NCBI GenBank assembly: GCA_029932645.1
Contig: JAOZPR010000007.1
Span: forward strand, 1-33,687
DNA from: Candidatus Aenigmatarchaeota archaeon
GTDB taxonomy: Archaea > Aenigmatarchaeota > Aenigmatarchaeia > GW2011-AR5 > JAGGXF01
Reading direction: 5' to 3'
DNA: 33,687 nucleotides
Shown: positions 8,327-16,964 of the stretch, in pieces
How positions within the stretch are numbered: position 1 is the stretch's first letter
Layout of the letters: each line of letters begins with the position of its first letter
The notes under the pieces: generated by a model
The model's database searches: none
What the model was told of the DNA's origin: nothing
The model's input: the letters and a program-made list of their open reading frames with translations, nothing else
Position numbers and translations under genes: made by a program

Positions 8327-8869
8327 TTGTTGGATGAGAAAGAGGGGCTTGAGTTGTTGCTGGTAATAGACAATGGCTGTGCTGATAAAATATGCTCTAT
8401 GATAAGTTGTAACTATGATGTGTTAAAACCAGAAGAAGCGACAAAAAAACTTGGCAATGCCGATGCCGTTATAATCCCTGATGGTTCTGCTGAAAATAGA
8501 ATTAAAAAAATTGCAGAATCCCTGTCTTCACCCTGCCTTGCCATCGGCACGTCAGCGGAAATACTGGCAGAAACATTTGGAGCAAAAATCGGCAAAAATA
8601 AGAAAAAAGATAATCGTGGTGTGAAGATAAAACTGCATTCTCCACTAACGCTCGGTATCAAAAAGAGGTTTGTTGTTCATGGTAAGACTAACGTTATAGA
8701 GGAACTACCAGACGATTTCGAAACAATCTGCTCGGGAAACGGCCCTGAAATCTACCAACACATAAACTTTCCTATATTTGGCGTTTTGTTCGAACTAGAG
8801 GGTGAGGAAGGAAAAAAAATAATAAACAATTTCTTGAAGTTTGCTGAGACCTGGGCAAAATATCACTAG
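8327..8869 (+). CDS. Class-I glutamine amidotransferase-like protein (GMP synthase subunit A-like) lacking the catalytic Cys and His
   Basis: 180 aa, collinear with archaeal GuaA subunit A (VIDNG.., AVIIPDG, NNFLKF). The nucleophile motif GICLGHQ reads AIGTSAE and the HPE motif reads FELE. There is no in-frame ATG near the 5' end, so the start is probably TTG 8327 or 8330 and is uncertain. Confidence 0.7.
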   Translation: MLDEKEGLELLLVIDNGCADKICSMISCNYDVLKPEEATKKLGNADAVIIPDGSAENRIKKIAESLSSPCLAIGTSAEILAETFGAKIGKNKKKDNRGVKIKLHSPLTLGIKKRFVVHGKTNVIEELPDDFETICSGNGPEIYQHINFPIFGVLFELEGEEGKKIINNFLKFAETWAKYH

Positions 8870-8930
8870 TCAGATTATCACTAGCCAAATTACTGCGTGT
8901 AGACGAAGTCTACTGCGTGTAGCTAAAGTC
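8861..8930. repeat. Tandem duplications of both gene termini at a convergent junction
   Basis: TATCACTAGTCAGAT / TATCACTAGCCAAAT (8861-8875 / 8876-8890, 13/15) and TACTGCGTGTAGACGAAGTC / TACTGCGTGTAGCTAAAGTC (8891-8910 / 8911-8930, 17/20). Confidence 0.85.
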
Positions 8931-11186
8931 TTCTGGTGTTGTTTCCTTTATGTCTGACAGAGCTTTTTTATAAAATTTATTCATGGATCTTGAAACAGAC
9001 GGCTTAACCTTTTTCAGTGCCTCCTCAATATCCTCTTTGGTAATTTCTTTGGCGCCTTTGTCTCTTTTGAGTGCATGCATCCCAGCTTCCCTTATAACGG
9101 CTTCTATATCTGCACCAGTATAGTTTTCTGTCATCTTTGCCAACTCTTTCAATGAAATTCGCTTTTCAAGCGGACTGTTTCTGGTGTGAACCTCAAAAAT
9201 CTTTAGCCTGGCCTCCTCGTCTGGCAATGGAACAAAGAACTGCCTGTCAAAGCGACCGGGTCTCAAAAGGGCAGGATCTAAGATATCGGGTCTGTTTGTT
9301 GCCGCCATGACAATTACATCATGTAAATCTTCAACACCAGATATCTCTGTAAGTATCTGTGAAACCAGTCTTTCTGTGTACTCAGCAGATGAACGCCCCC
9401 TTTGAGGAACCAATGCATCTATCTCATCAAAGAATATTATTGATGGCGAAACCTGCTTAGCTCTCCTAAATATATCCCTTATCCTTTTTTCTGACTCGCC
9501 TACCCATTTTGATATGACCTCTGGGCCTTTTATGGAAATAAAATTAATACCAGATTCGTTTGCCACGGCTTTTGCTAGCATGGTTTTTCCGCATCCTGGC
9601 GGGCCATAAAGTAGAACGCCTGTTGGTGGTTTTATCCCGAGCCTCTTGAAAGAATCCGGATATTTGAGAGGCCACTCTATCATTTCTTTCAGTTTCTCTT
9701 TAGTGTCTTCCAAACCACCAATGTCAGACCACTTGACCTTTGGTATTTCTATGAGCACTTCTCTCATTGCCGAAGGCTCGACCATCTTCAAGGCATATTC
9801 CATGTCTTTTTGTGTTACTGTCAGTTTTTCCAACACTTCTTTTGGTAGTGGCTTGTCTTCTTTTATATCACTTATGTCCGGGACTATTCTCCTTAGTGCA
9901 TGCATCGCCGCTTCTTTACATATAGCTGCCAAATCTGCACCAACATAACCATATGTTATTTCAGCCAACTTGTTAAGGTCTACGTCCTTTGCAATAGGCA
10001 TACCTCTTGTGTGAATCTGTAAAATCTCTTTTCTTCCATCTTTATTTGGGACAGCTATTTCTATCTCTCTGTCAAACCTACCAGGCCTTCGTAAAGCAGG
10101 GTCAAGACTATTTGGTCTGTTTGTTGCTGCTATGACGATGACCTTGCCGCGCGACTTTAACCCGTCCATTAACGTAAGCAGTTGTGACACGACACGTCGC
10201 TCCACCTCACCCTGCACCCTTTCCCTTTTTGGCGCTATGGAATCCACCTCGTCTATGAATATTATCGCCGGCGCCTGCTTTTCGGCCTGCTCAAAAATCT
10301 TCCTGAGATTTTCTTCTGACTGGCCATACCATTTCGACATAATTTCTGGACCATTCAAAGGTAGGAACGTTGCACGAGATTCGTTTGCTACAGCCCTAGC
10401 AAGTAAAGTTTTTCCTGTTCCTGGAGGACCATGAAGCAGAACACCCTTTGGTGGCTCTATACCCAACCTATCAAACAATTCAGGGTGTTTTAGAGGTAGT
10501 TCAATCATTTCCCTGACTTTTTTGATTTCCTCATGCAAGCCGCCCAAGTCTTCATACGTAACCTCTGGTATTGCCTCCTCCTCCAACGGCTTTGTTGCCT
10601 TTTCCATAAGTTCCAATTCTGTAGCATCCGTCACTCTGACAATGCCTTTTGGACTCGTGCTAACTACAACAAACTTTTCTCCTCCGAATGGTGTAAAGAA
10701 CATCTCTTCTATGTCCATCCCAAAAAATTGTTCGAATATAGTATTCTCTGGTCTTTTTCTTTGTCTCACAACCGGATTTGGAATTATAATATCACCTGTT
10801 GATACCGGTCTCATTAACAAATTCTGTTTGAACATCTGAGGATTCATCCTTATGATAATCCCTTGTCTGGCTGGCGCTATAATGACATGTTTTGCCTCCT
10901 TGACATCTGCCTTTTTAACACTGACTGTCTCACCTATACCTGACTTGATGTTTCTCCTTAACAGACCATCCATCCTCACCACGTCAAGACCAACATCTGC
11001 AGGGTAAGAACGGACGGCTATAGCTGGTGCTGTGCGACCGCCAGATAGTTCTATAATATCCCCCTCCTTGACACCAATCCTCTGCATTTTTTTTGCATCG
11101 AGCCTAGCTATGCCTCGCCCAAAATCTGTGCGCTCAGTCAGTTCGCCGACCCTTAGTCTTATTTCATCATGATTTTGCCTTTCCAT
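8910..11186 (-). CDS. cdc48: Cdc48/VAT/p97-type AAA+ ATPase (N domain + D1 + D2)
   Basis: Two AAA modules ([16 protein letters not shown] and [16 protein letters not shown]) after an N-terminal substrate-recognition domain. I place the start at ATG 11186 (MERQNHDE), preceded by GAGGGGTGG. The GTG at 11195 in the ORF track is part of that SD. Confidence 0.95.
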   Translation of the reverse strand: MERQNHDEIRLRVGELTERTDFGRGIARLDAKKMQRIGVKEGDIIELSGGRTAPAIAVRSYPADVGLDVVRMDGLLRRNIKSGIGETVSVKKADVKEAKHVIIAPARQGIIIRMNPQMFKQNLLMRPVSTGDIIIPNPVVRQRKRPENTIFEQFFGMDIEEMFFTPFGGEKFVVVSTSPKGIVRVTDATELELMEKATKPLEEEAIPEVTYEDLGGLHEEIKKVREMIELPLKHPELFDRLGIEPPKGVLLHGPPGTGKTLLARAVANESRATFLPLNGPEIMSKWYGQSEENLRKIFEQAEKQAPAIIFIDEVDSIAPKRERVQGEVERRVVSQLLTLMDGLKSRGKVIVIAATNRPNSLDPALRRPGRFDREIEIAVPNKDGRKEILQIHTRGMPIAKDVDLNKLAEITYGYVGADLAAICKEAAMHALRRIVPDISDIKEDKPLPKEVLEKLTVTQKDMEYALKMVEPSAMREVLIEIPKVKWSDIGGLEDTKEKLKEMIEWPLKYPDSFKRLGIKPPTGVLLYGPPGCGKTMLAKAVANESGINFISIKGPEVISKWVGESEKRIRDIFRRAKQVSPSIIFFDEIDALVPQRGRSSAEYTERLVSQILTEISGVEDLHDVIVMAATNRPDILDPALLRPGRFDRQFFVPLPDEEARLKIFEVHTRNSPLEKRISLKELAKMTENYTGADIEAVIREAGMHALKRDKGAKEITKEDIEEALKKVKPSVSRSMNKFYKKALSDIKETTPEDFSYTQ

Positions 11187-11221
11187 TAAAACCACCCCTC
11201 ACAAAAATTATTCTTTCTTAA

Positions 11222-11560
11222 TTATTCATCCCCAAATTCATCGTCCTCGAGTATAATTCTTTTCATATTCCACTCGACCTTGTTCGACCATTCGTCAAAA
11301 TAATCTATTATCTTTTGCATGTTTTTTAAAGCCACTATGAAAACCGAATCATCTACCTTTATGTGCGGCATCTCACTCAAAACACCTTCTCTGACATATC
11401 TGTACTGTCTGTCATTCTTTGTAACAACCTGTTTCCAGCCGTATAGGCCCCTAAAAAACTTATTGCGCTCACTCGCAGACTTGAATTTTTTCGACCGCGT
11501 GCAAAAGCTTATGATTACCGCTCTTTTATTCTTTGTAATCCTGATTTTCATAACACTCAC
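11222..11560 (-). CDS. Small conserved-looking hypothetical protein with an acidic C-terminus, co-transcribed with cdc48
   Basis: 112 aa (109 aa if it starts at ATG 11551). The pattern ..ERNKFFRGLYGWKQVV..YRYVREGVL..VDDSVFIV.. is vaguely Cas2/ferredoxin-like (unverified). The tail is EDDEFGDE. Only 26 nt with no TATA separate it from cdc48. Confidence 0.6.
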   Translation of the reverse strand: MSVMKIRITKNKRAVIISFCTRSKKFKSASERNKFFRGLYGWKQVVTKNDRQYRYVREGVLSEMPHIKVDDSVFIVALKNMQKIIDYFDEWSNKVEWNMKRIILEDDEFGDE

Positions 11561-11589
11561 TTCTAATCCAAGACAATTATGATATACAT

Positions 11590-11632
11590 GAACAATAACT
11601 ATTTAAAGTTATTGTTCTTGTGAACAATAACT
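11590..11632. promoter_or_regulatory. Operator-like palindrome plus third direct copy, centred on a TATA-like TTTAAA
   Basis: GAACAATAACT (11590-11600), ATTTAA, AGTTATTGTTC (11607-11617, exact reverse complement), TTGT, GAACAATAACT (11622-11632). It lies in the divergent spacer between the 112-aa/cdc48 unit and radB. Confidence 0.55.
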
Positions 11633-11731
11633 TTTTTTCTCGCTTCTTCCGGATTGTATCGCCTTTTTTCAGCCTGGTCAGGAAATCAATTCAGCAGATT
11701 CCCTTTAATAAATTCCTAACAAAAGTTTTTT

Positions 11732-12403
11732 ATGAAAATCCAACGTCTCCCTACCAACTCGCCCATAGACAAAATCCTAGGTAGCGGAATAGAGTTTGGG
11801 TCTGTAACCAACTTCTACGGTCCGCCAGGCGCAGGAAAGACAAATGTCGCATTATCGACACTTCTTTCTGTCAAAGATAAAAAAATAATTTTTATGGATA
11901 CAGAAGGCAGTTTTTCTTTTGAACGGCTGACACAGCTTACAAAAGATGATAATACGCTCAAGAGAATAATTCTCCTGGAACCAAAAGAGTGGAAAGAACA
12001 GATGGATATGATAAGCAAAATTGAAAAACTTGTTAAGAATGGAGACATCGGGTTGATAGTTGTCGACTCTATAGTTGCTCTATATCGACTAGAAATAAAT
12101 CAGGAGAATTTTGCTGATGTCAACAGACAACTCGCGACACAATATTCAATTTTGTCAAAGATAGCAAGAGAACACAACATACCTGTCCTTGTCACAAACC
12201 AGATATATGTCTCCGGGGAAGACGTGGAACTGACGAGCAAAACTATAGCCCGCTACTGGAGCAAGGCATTAATAGAACTTCAGAAAACTGATAGAGCAGG
12301 CCACCGTGTCGCAATAGTGAGAAAACACCGCTCGCTTCCCGAAGGAAAACAGGTTGAGTTTATAATAGCAGGCAATGGACTTAAATCTGCCGGAATTTTT
12401 TGA
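11732..12403 (+). CDS. radB: DNA repair and recombination protein RadB (RadA/Rad51 paralog without the N-terminal domain)
   Basis: 223 aa. Walker A GPPGAGKT, Walker B LIVVDS, and NIPVLVTNQ. Collinear with Pyrococcus RadB as I recall it. Confidence 0.85.
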   Translation: MKIQRLPTNSPIDKILGSGIEFGSVTNFYGPPGAGKTNVALSTLLSVKDKKIIFMDTEGSFSFERLTQLTKDDNTLKRIILLEPKEWKEQMDMISKIEKLVKNGDIGLIVVDSIVALYRLEINQENFADVNRQLATQYSILSKIAREHNIPVLVTNQIYVSGEDVELTSKTIARYWSKALIELQKTDRAGHRVAIVRKHRSLPEGKQVEFIIAGNGLKSAGIF

Positions 12404-12482
12404 CAGCTCAAACCGTTGGTGCCGGCTTTAAAAACCGTCGCCATGACCAAAGTCTTTTAATATTTTATGGCTAAATTATTAT

Positions 12483-13922
12483 ATGCCTGGATTCTTTAGT
12501 AGAAAATTAAGAGAAGCTGAGACAAAATATACATTTGGCGATTTCTCGATAGTTCCCGGTGCCAGTAATGTTATACCACTAGAAACAGACATAACCACGC
12601 AAATAACACCGCACGTCAAGTTAAGTGTGCCCATTATCAGTGCACCAATGGACACGGTAACAGGATTTGATATGGCTGTAGTGATGTCGCGCCTTGGTGG
12701 TCTCGGGGCCGTGCATCATAATATGTCAGCAGACAAGCAGGCAGAAATAGTTAGAAAGATCAAAAAGTATGAGTCTTTAATAATACGCGATGTTGTTACT
12801 ATATCCCCAGATTACACTGTGAATGATATTCTTGACCTGTCAAAAGAAAAGGCGGTTTCAAGTTTTCCTGTCATAGAAAACGGTAAGCTTGTTGGTATGA
12901 TAACAGAAAGGGACTTCAGACTGGCAAAACCAGAAATCCGTGCAGCAGAATTGATGACAAAAGACGTGGTCAGCGCTAATGAAAATATTGAGATGGAGGA
13001 AGCAATAAAAGTTCTGCACAAAAATAAAATAGAAAAGTTACCGTTGCTTGACAAAGATGGAAAGCTATCAGGTATGATAACACTAAGAGACATCCTGAAC
13101 AGAAAAAAGTACCCAAATGCTACAAGAGACAAAAATGGACAGCTTGTTGTTGCTGCTGCAACTAGCTTAGATGAGAACCGCGTAGAAAAACTCCTGAATG
13201 CTGGAGCAGATGTTATAATTATAGAAACAGCACACGGACACAACAAAAGGGTCGTAGAGTTTACAAGACTTCTGAGGAAAAAATTTGACTGTGAAATAAT
13301 TGCAGGTAATATTGCAACGCCTGAAGCAGCTGAAGACTTGATATCTGCTGGTGCAGATTGCGTCAAAGTTGGTGTGGGTCCCGGTTCTATATGCACAACA
13401 AGAGAGGTAACTGGGGTTGGTGTTCCTCAACTTGGAGCAGTAGCTGATGTTGCTGATGTAGCATCAAAATATGATGTATATTGTATAGCAGATGGTGCTA
13501 TTAGAACCTCAGGAGATATAGCAAAAGCTATATCTGTCGGGGCAGACGCTGTGATGCTTGGGAACCTTCTGGCCGGGACAAAAGAGGCCCCTGGAGAAGT
13601 ATTGTTGCGCAATGGGAGAAAATTCAAAAGATATCGAGGAATGGGCTCAAAAGGTGCGATGGCAGAAAGATACTTCCAAAAGGCGTCAAAGTTCGTACCA
13701 GAAGGTGTGGCAGGCGTGGTGCCATTCAAAGGTGAAGTGAAGGACATTATATTCTCATTGTCTGGCGGACTCAGGTCATCCATGGGATACGTTGGAGCAA
13801 AAAACATAAAGGAGATGAAAACAAAATCTAAGCTTGTACGAATTAGTCCGCAAGGAAACATAGAAAATAAACCATTTAACATAAATATTACAGATGATGT
13901 CGAACCAAGCCAAATGTGGTAA
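12483..13922 (+). CDS. guaB: Inosine-5'-monophosphate dehydrogenase with CBS subdomain
   Basis: 479 aa. Catalytic loop [13 protein letters not shown], a CBS pair inserted after residue ~90, and GMGS..AM. Confidence 0.95.
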   Translation: MPGFFSRKLREAETKYTFGDFSIVPGASNVIPLETDITTQITPHVKLSVPIISAPMDTVTGFDMAVVMSRLGGLGAVHHNMSADKQAEIVRKIKKYESLIIRDVVTISPDYTVNDILDLSKEKAVSSFPVIENGKLVGMITERDFRLAKPEIRAAELMTKDVVSANENIEMEEAIKVLHKNKIEKLPLLDKDGKLSGMITLRDILNRKKYPNATRDKNGQLVVAAATSLDENRVEKLLNAGADVIIIETAHGHNKRVVEFTRLLRKKFDCEIIAGNIATPEAAEDLISAGADCVKVGVGPGSICTTREVTGVGVPQLGAVADVADVASKYDVYCIADGAIRTSGDIAKAISVGADAVMLGNLLAGTKEAPGEVLLRNGRKFKRYRGMGSKGAMAERYFQKASKFVPEGVAGVVPFKGEVKDIIFSLSGGLRSSMGYVGAKNIKEMKTKSKLVRISPQGNIENKPFNINITDDVEPSQMW

Positions 13923-13968
13923 GCATAGCAAGCTTCATAGTAAACTTGAATACCGAGCTGGTGTAAAA

Positions 13969-15660
13969 ATGAAAAGCGTGTTTGAGGAGATAGCTAAAAA
14001 GTCTGGCGACAGCGAATTCTTTATAGAAATACCAAACGGTTATAAGCCAGGAAAAACAAAATATATCATAATTACAGGCACTGTTATCTCTGGTATAGGA
14101 AAGGGCGCCTTCTCTTCATCTCTTGGCTTCTTGCTTCAAAAACACGGATTTGTAGTAGAGTCTGTAAAATTTGACGGCTACCTGAATCTTGACGCAGGTA
14201 CCATGAACCCGTTTAGACACGGTGAGGTATTTGTTATGGATGATGGAACAGAAGCTGATATGGATTTTGGAACATACGAACGGTTTCTGGACAAAAACCT
14301 CTCTGGTTCTAATTATTTGACAGGCGGCCGAGTATTCTCAAAAATACTTAAAAGAGAGCGTGAAGGAGCATATCTTGGAAGAGATGTTCAATTCATTCCA
14401 CATGTTACAGGTGAGGTCAAGTATTTTTTCAGGTCTCTGGCAATGGAAAAAAAACCAGATTTTATACTCATAGAAGTTGGTGGCACCGTTGGAGACATAG
14501 AAAACTCGTATTTCATAGAAGCAATGAGACAACTATCTTATGAGGAAGGCCGTGAGAACGTGTGCTTTATAAATCTCACATATATTCTCGAACCGGAATC
14601 GCTTGGAGAGCAGAAAACAAAGGCCTCACAGCTTGGCATTAAAAGGTTGATGTCAACAGGTATACAACCAGATATCATAGTCTGCCGTGCTAAAAATCTT
14701 ATTACAGAAAAAGCCATGGAAAAGATGAGCGTCTATTCCAATGTGCCAAAAGAAATGGTAATTGACTGTCACAACCTTAAAACCATATATGAAATACCCG
14801 TGTGGCTTGAAAAGCAAAAGCTTGACCAAAAGGTTCTCGAGAGACTCGGATGTAAACCTAAAGAAAGGATAGATCTCGATGAATGGAAAGATTATATTGA
14901 AAGAATAGAGCAGCCGAAAAGAGAGATAATCGTTGCTATCGCTGGAAAGTATACCGGGCTCAAAGATTCTTATGCAAGCATATTGAAAGCGGTGGAACAC
15001 TCTGGAGCATATTGGAAAACCGGAGTAAAACTAAAATGGATTGAGACTACAAATATAGATGAAAAAAATGTTAAAGATGCGCTTAGTGGGGTCTGCGGTC
15101 TCATAGTTCCTGGTGGGTTTGGTGCGCGTGGAACAGAAGGAAAAATAGCGTGTGTGAGATACGCAAGAGAAAATAAAATACCTTATCTTGGTTTGTGCTT
15201 TGGGCTGCAAATGGCTGTTATCGAATTTGCCAGAGATGTTTGCGGACTTGAAAAAAGCAACAGCACAGAAATAGATCCAAAAACGCCACATCCTGTTATA
15301 GACATCCTACCAGATCAGAAGAAAATACACGGCCTTGGCGGCACAATGCGGCTTGGTGGCCAAGATGTCCATATAATTGAAGATACGCTCGCGTACAGGC
15401 TTTATGAAAAGCCACTGGTAAGAGAAAGATTCAGGCACAGGTTTGAAGTTAATCCGGAGTATCATAAAATACTGCAAAAGAATGGTCTTATATTTTCCGG
15501 GTGGTCTGCCAAAGAAAAAAACATCGTACAGATAATAGAGCTAAAGGACCATCCGTTCTTCGTTGCTACACAGTTTCACCCAGAATTCACGAGCAGGCCG
15601 CTCAATCCGAACCCGATATATAGAGAATTTATAAAAGCGTGTATAGAGCAAAATGATTAA
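13969..15660 (+). CDS. pyrG: CTP synthase
   Basis: 563 aa from ATG 13969, with GGTG 6 nt upstream. The TTG/ATG at 13894 would overlap guaB. Synthetase P-loop region ITGTVISGIGKG; amidotransferase GLCFGLQ and FHPEF. The N-terminus is about 30 aa longer than typical PyrG. Confidence 0.95.
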   Translation: MKSVFEEIAKKSGDSEFFIEIPNGYKPGKTKYIIITGTVISGIGKGAFSSSLGFLLQKHGFVVESVKFDGYLNLDAGTMNPFRHGEVFVMDDGTEADMDFGTYERFLDKNLSGSNYLTGGRVFSKILKREREGAYLGRDVQFIPHVTGEVKYFFRSLAMEKKPDFILIEVGGTVGDIENSYFIEAMRQLSYEEGRENVCFINLTYILEPESLGEQKTKASQLGIKRLMSTGIQPDIIVCRAKNLITEKAMEKMSVYSNVPKEMVIDCHNLKTIYEIPVWLEKQKLDQKVLERLGCKPKERIDLDEWKDYIERIEQPKREIIVAIAGKYTGLKDSYASILKAVEHSGAYWKTGVKLKWIETTNIDEKNVKDALSGVCGLIVPGGFGARGTEGKIACVRYARENKIPYLGLCFGLQMAVIEFARDVCGLEKSNSTEIDPKTPHPVIDILPDQKKIHGLGGTMRLGGQDVHIIEDTLAYRLYEKPLVRERFRHRFEVNPEYHKILQKNGLIFSGWSAKEKNIVQIIELKDHPFFVATQFHPEFTSRPLNPNPIYREFIKACIEQND

Positions 15661-15699
15661 GGATTTATAGCTTGTCCTATCCTGGTATCGGCGTAAAGG

Positions 15700-15706
15700 T
15701 TTATAT
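15700..15706 (+). promoter_or_regulatory. TATA-like box (AAAGGTTTATAT context) for the HTH-PRT gene
   Basis: TTTATAT lies 31-37 nt upstream of ATG 15737. A near-identical AAGGTTTAAAT context occurs before purS. Confidence 0.35.
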
Positions 15707-15736
15707 CTATTTCTTTGATTGTATAATTGTGTAAAC

Positions 15737-16441
15737 ATGAATAGAATTAGTGATATTGAAAAAGAACTGGAAGCTGTTGAGATACTGAGAACTCTGAAGC
15801 GGCACAGCACGTACAAGTCGTTGTCTTCCTTAACCGGACTGTCTGAAGTGACCCTTAGCAGGTATGTGGAAGGTCATGTTCTACCAACAAGAAAGAGGGC
15901 TGAAAAAATAATTAAAAGCTTTGGAAAGGGAATGATAAAAAAGGAAACAAGAAAGCTGGTAAAATTTGGCAAGACCGGTCTCTTGGACAATACAAACATA
16001 ATTTTTAATACAAGTCTTTTGAAAAAAGTTTCACGTGAAGTAAGTAAAGTCTTTTCTAAACCAGACAAGGTATTTACGCTGGCTGTGGACGGAATACCAA
16101 TCGCTGTTCATATGGCAAATAGATATAACGTACCGTGTGTCTACGCAAAAAAAGACAAAGAGATTGGCGTGGATAATTTTTTACACCAATCGCATGTGTT
16201 CAAATCTGGCGTAAGTATGGATTATTTTCTTCCGGTCGGAATATTAAAGAAAAATGAAAAAATCTTAATTGTTGACGACATGATAAGAAGTGGCGAAACT
16301 CTAAAAGTTCTGATAAACATGGTTAGAAAAACCAAGGCAAAAATAATCGGGATATTTGTTTTACTGTGCCTTTCAAAAAGGGGCTTGCGCAAAATCAAGA
16401 AAATGGTTGATTGCCCAGTAGAGGCCTACATTATAGTATAG
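15737..16441 (+). CDS. HTH + type-I phosphoribosyltransferase-fold regulator (PurR-like / GfcR-like architecture)
   Basis: 234 aa from ATG 15737. N-terminal HTH-like LRTLKRHSTYKSLSSLTGLSEVTLSRYVEG. The C-terminal PRT fold keeps the PRPP loop KILIVDDMIRSGETL. Lies directly upstream of the pur array. Confidence 0.8.
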   Translation: MNRISDIEKELEAVEILRTLKRHSTYKSLSSLTGLSEVTLSRYVEGHVLPTRKRAEKIIKSFGKGMIKKETRKLVKFGKTGLLDNTNIIFNTSLLKKVSREVSKVFSKPDKVFTLAVDGIPIAVHMANRYNVPCVYAKKDKEIGVDNFLHQSHVFKSGVSMDYFLPVGILKKNEKILIVDDMIRSGETLKVLINMVRKTKAKIIGIFVLLCLSKRGLRKIKKMVDCPVEAYIIV

Positions 16442-16491
16442 CTATAGCACAAACTATACTATAAGATATAGTATAAGACAATACACTATAA
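16431..16491. promoter_or_regulatory. Two inverted-repeat pairs of a TATAGTATA half-site
   Basis: TTATAGTATAG (16431-16441) / CTATACTATAA (16454-16464) are exact 11-bp arms with a 12-nt spacer. ATATAGTATAA (16466-16476) / ATACACTATAA (16481-16491) form a degenerate second pair. The cluster lies upstream of a TATA-like TTTAAAT (16538-16544) and purS. Confidence 0.5.
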
Positions 16492-16625
16492 CACAAACAA
16501 GGTTATTAAAAAATTAACAAAATTATGATAAATAAGGTTTAAATTTTTGGGAATAATAACAATTTTATGAAAATTGTTGGCAGCCTGTTGGGTGGTTTGT
16601 TCATGGTGGCTCGGGAGGTAATTTT

Positions 16626-16874
16626 GTGGTTGGAGAAACAAAAGTGAAAATTAAAGTCGAACTCAAGGAAGGTATAACTGATCCGGAAGGGCTGAACATA
16701 AAAAAATCGTTGAACCTGCTAGGGTTCGATAATGTTTCCGGTGTCAAGAGTTCTAAGATGTTTGAGATTACTATAAAAGAAGCTGACAAAGAAAAGGCAA
16801 GGACTGAAGCAGAAAATATGTGTAAAAAGCTGTTGGCAAACCCAATAATACATTCATATGAGATAATTTTATAG
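16626..16874 (+). CDS. purS: Phosphoribosylformylglycinamidine synthase subunit PurS
   Basis: 82 aa with VELKEGITDPEG and MCKKLLANPIIHSYEI, collinear with PurS. GTG start at 16626 lies 6 nt after GGGAGGT (16613-16619). Confidence 0.9.
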   Translation: MVGETKVKIKVELKEGITDPEGLNIKKSLNLLGFDNVSGVKSSKMFEITIKEADKEKARTEAENMCKKLLANPIIHSYEIIL

Positions 16875-16875
16875 A

Positions 16876-16892
16876 TTTTTTGGTTTTGTTTT
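16876..16892 (+). terminator. T-run cluster immediately after purS
   Basis: TTTTTTGGTTTTGTTTT starts 2 nt after the purS stop and looks like an archaeal oligo-T terminator or attenuator. Confidence 0.35.
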
Positions 16893-16897
16893 CAAGT

Positions 16898-16920
16898 ATA
16901 TCGGTATAATTATACGATAT
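16898..16920. promoter_or_regulatory. Palindrome over a TATA-like core upstream of purL
   Basis: ATATCGGTATAA|TTATACGATAT. The arms are reverse complements apart from a 1-nt indel, and the half-site resembles the 16431-16491 repeats. It lies 45 nt upstream of ATG 16965. Confidence 0.45.
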
Positions 16921-16964
16921 TGAGGTCTATGTGACGTGGTTTGACCTGCTATGGTGTGGTCTTG

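Noticed and set aside
8910-8921. C-terminal HbYX proteasome-docking motif on Cdc48.
   Set aside because: The protein ends ..FSYTQ, so the Tyr is third from the end rather than penultimate. The canonical motif cannot be claimed.
13894-13968. Upstream starts given by the ORF track (13894 pyrG, 15719 HTH-PRT, 16941 purL, 20202 purF, 24838 yggS, 25523 folD, 28046 purN, 28680 folC, 11195 cdc48).
   Set aside because: Most are TTG or GTG codons, or overlap the preceding gene. Internal ATGs with SD-like motifs reproduce the conserved family N-termini (for example MCGF for PurF, MAEIIDGK for FolD, MIHPTDYRY for PurB).
13969-14070. An N-terminal extension of about 30 aa on CTP synthase as a novel domain.
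   Set aside because: It is short, with no motif, and could simply reflect lineage variation. No alternative in-frame ATG exists before the P-loop, so it is noted only in the feature evidence.
16431-16491. Short repeat clusters (here, 11590-11632 and 23558-23626) as a CRISPR array.
   Set aside because: The repeats are 6-11 nt rather than 24-40 nt, there are no regularly sized unique spacers, and no cas genes are present.
16567-16647. 26-codon upstream ORF (MKIVGSLLGGLFMVAREVILWLEKQK) or a riboswitch in the purS leader.
   Set aside because: I recognised no ZTP, purine or THF riboswitch core. The small ORF has no SD and overlaps the purS start, so it is plausible as a leaderless peptide but unsupported. 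The GGGAGGT + GTG 16626 assignment for purS explains the region.
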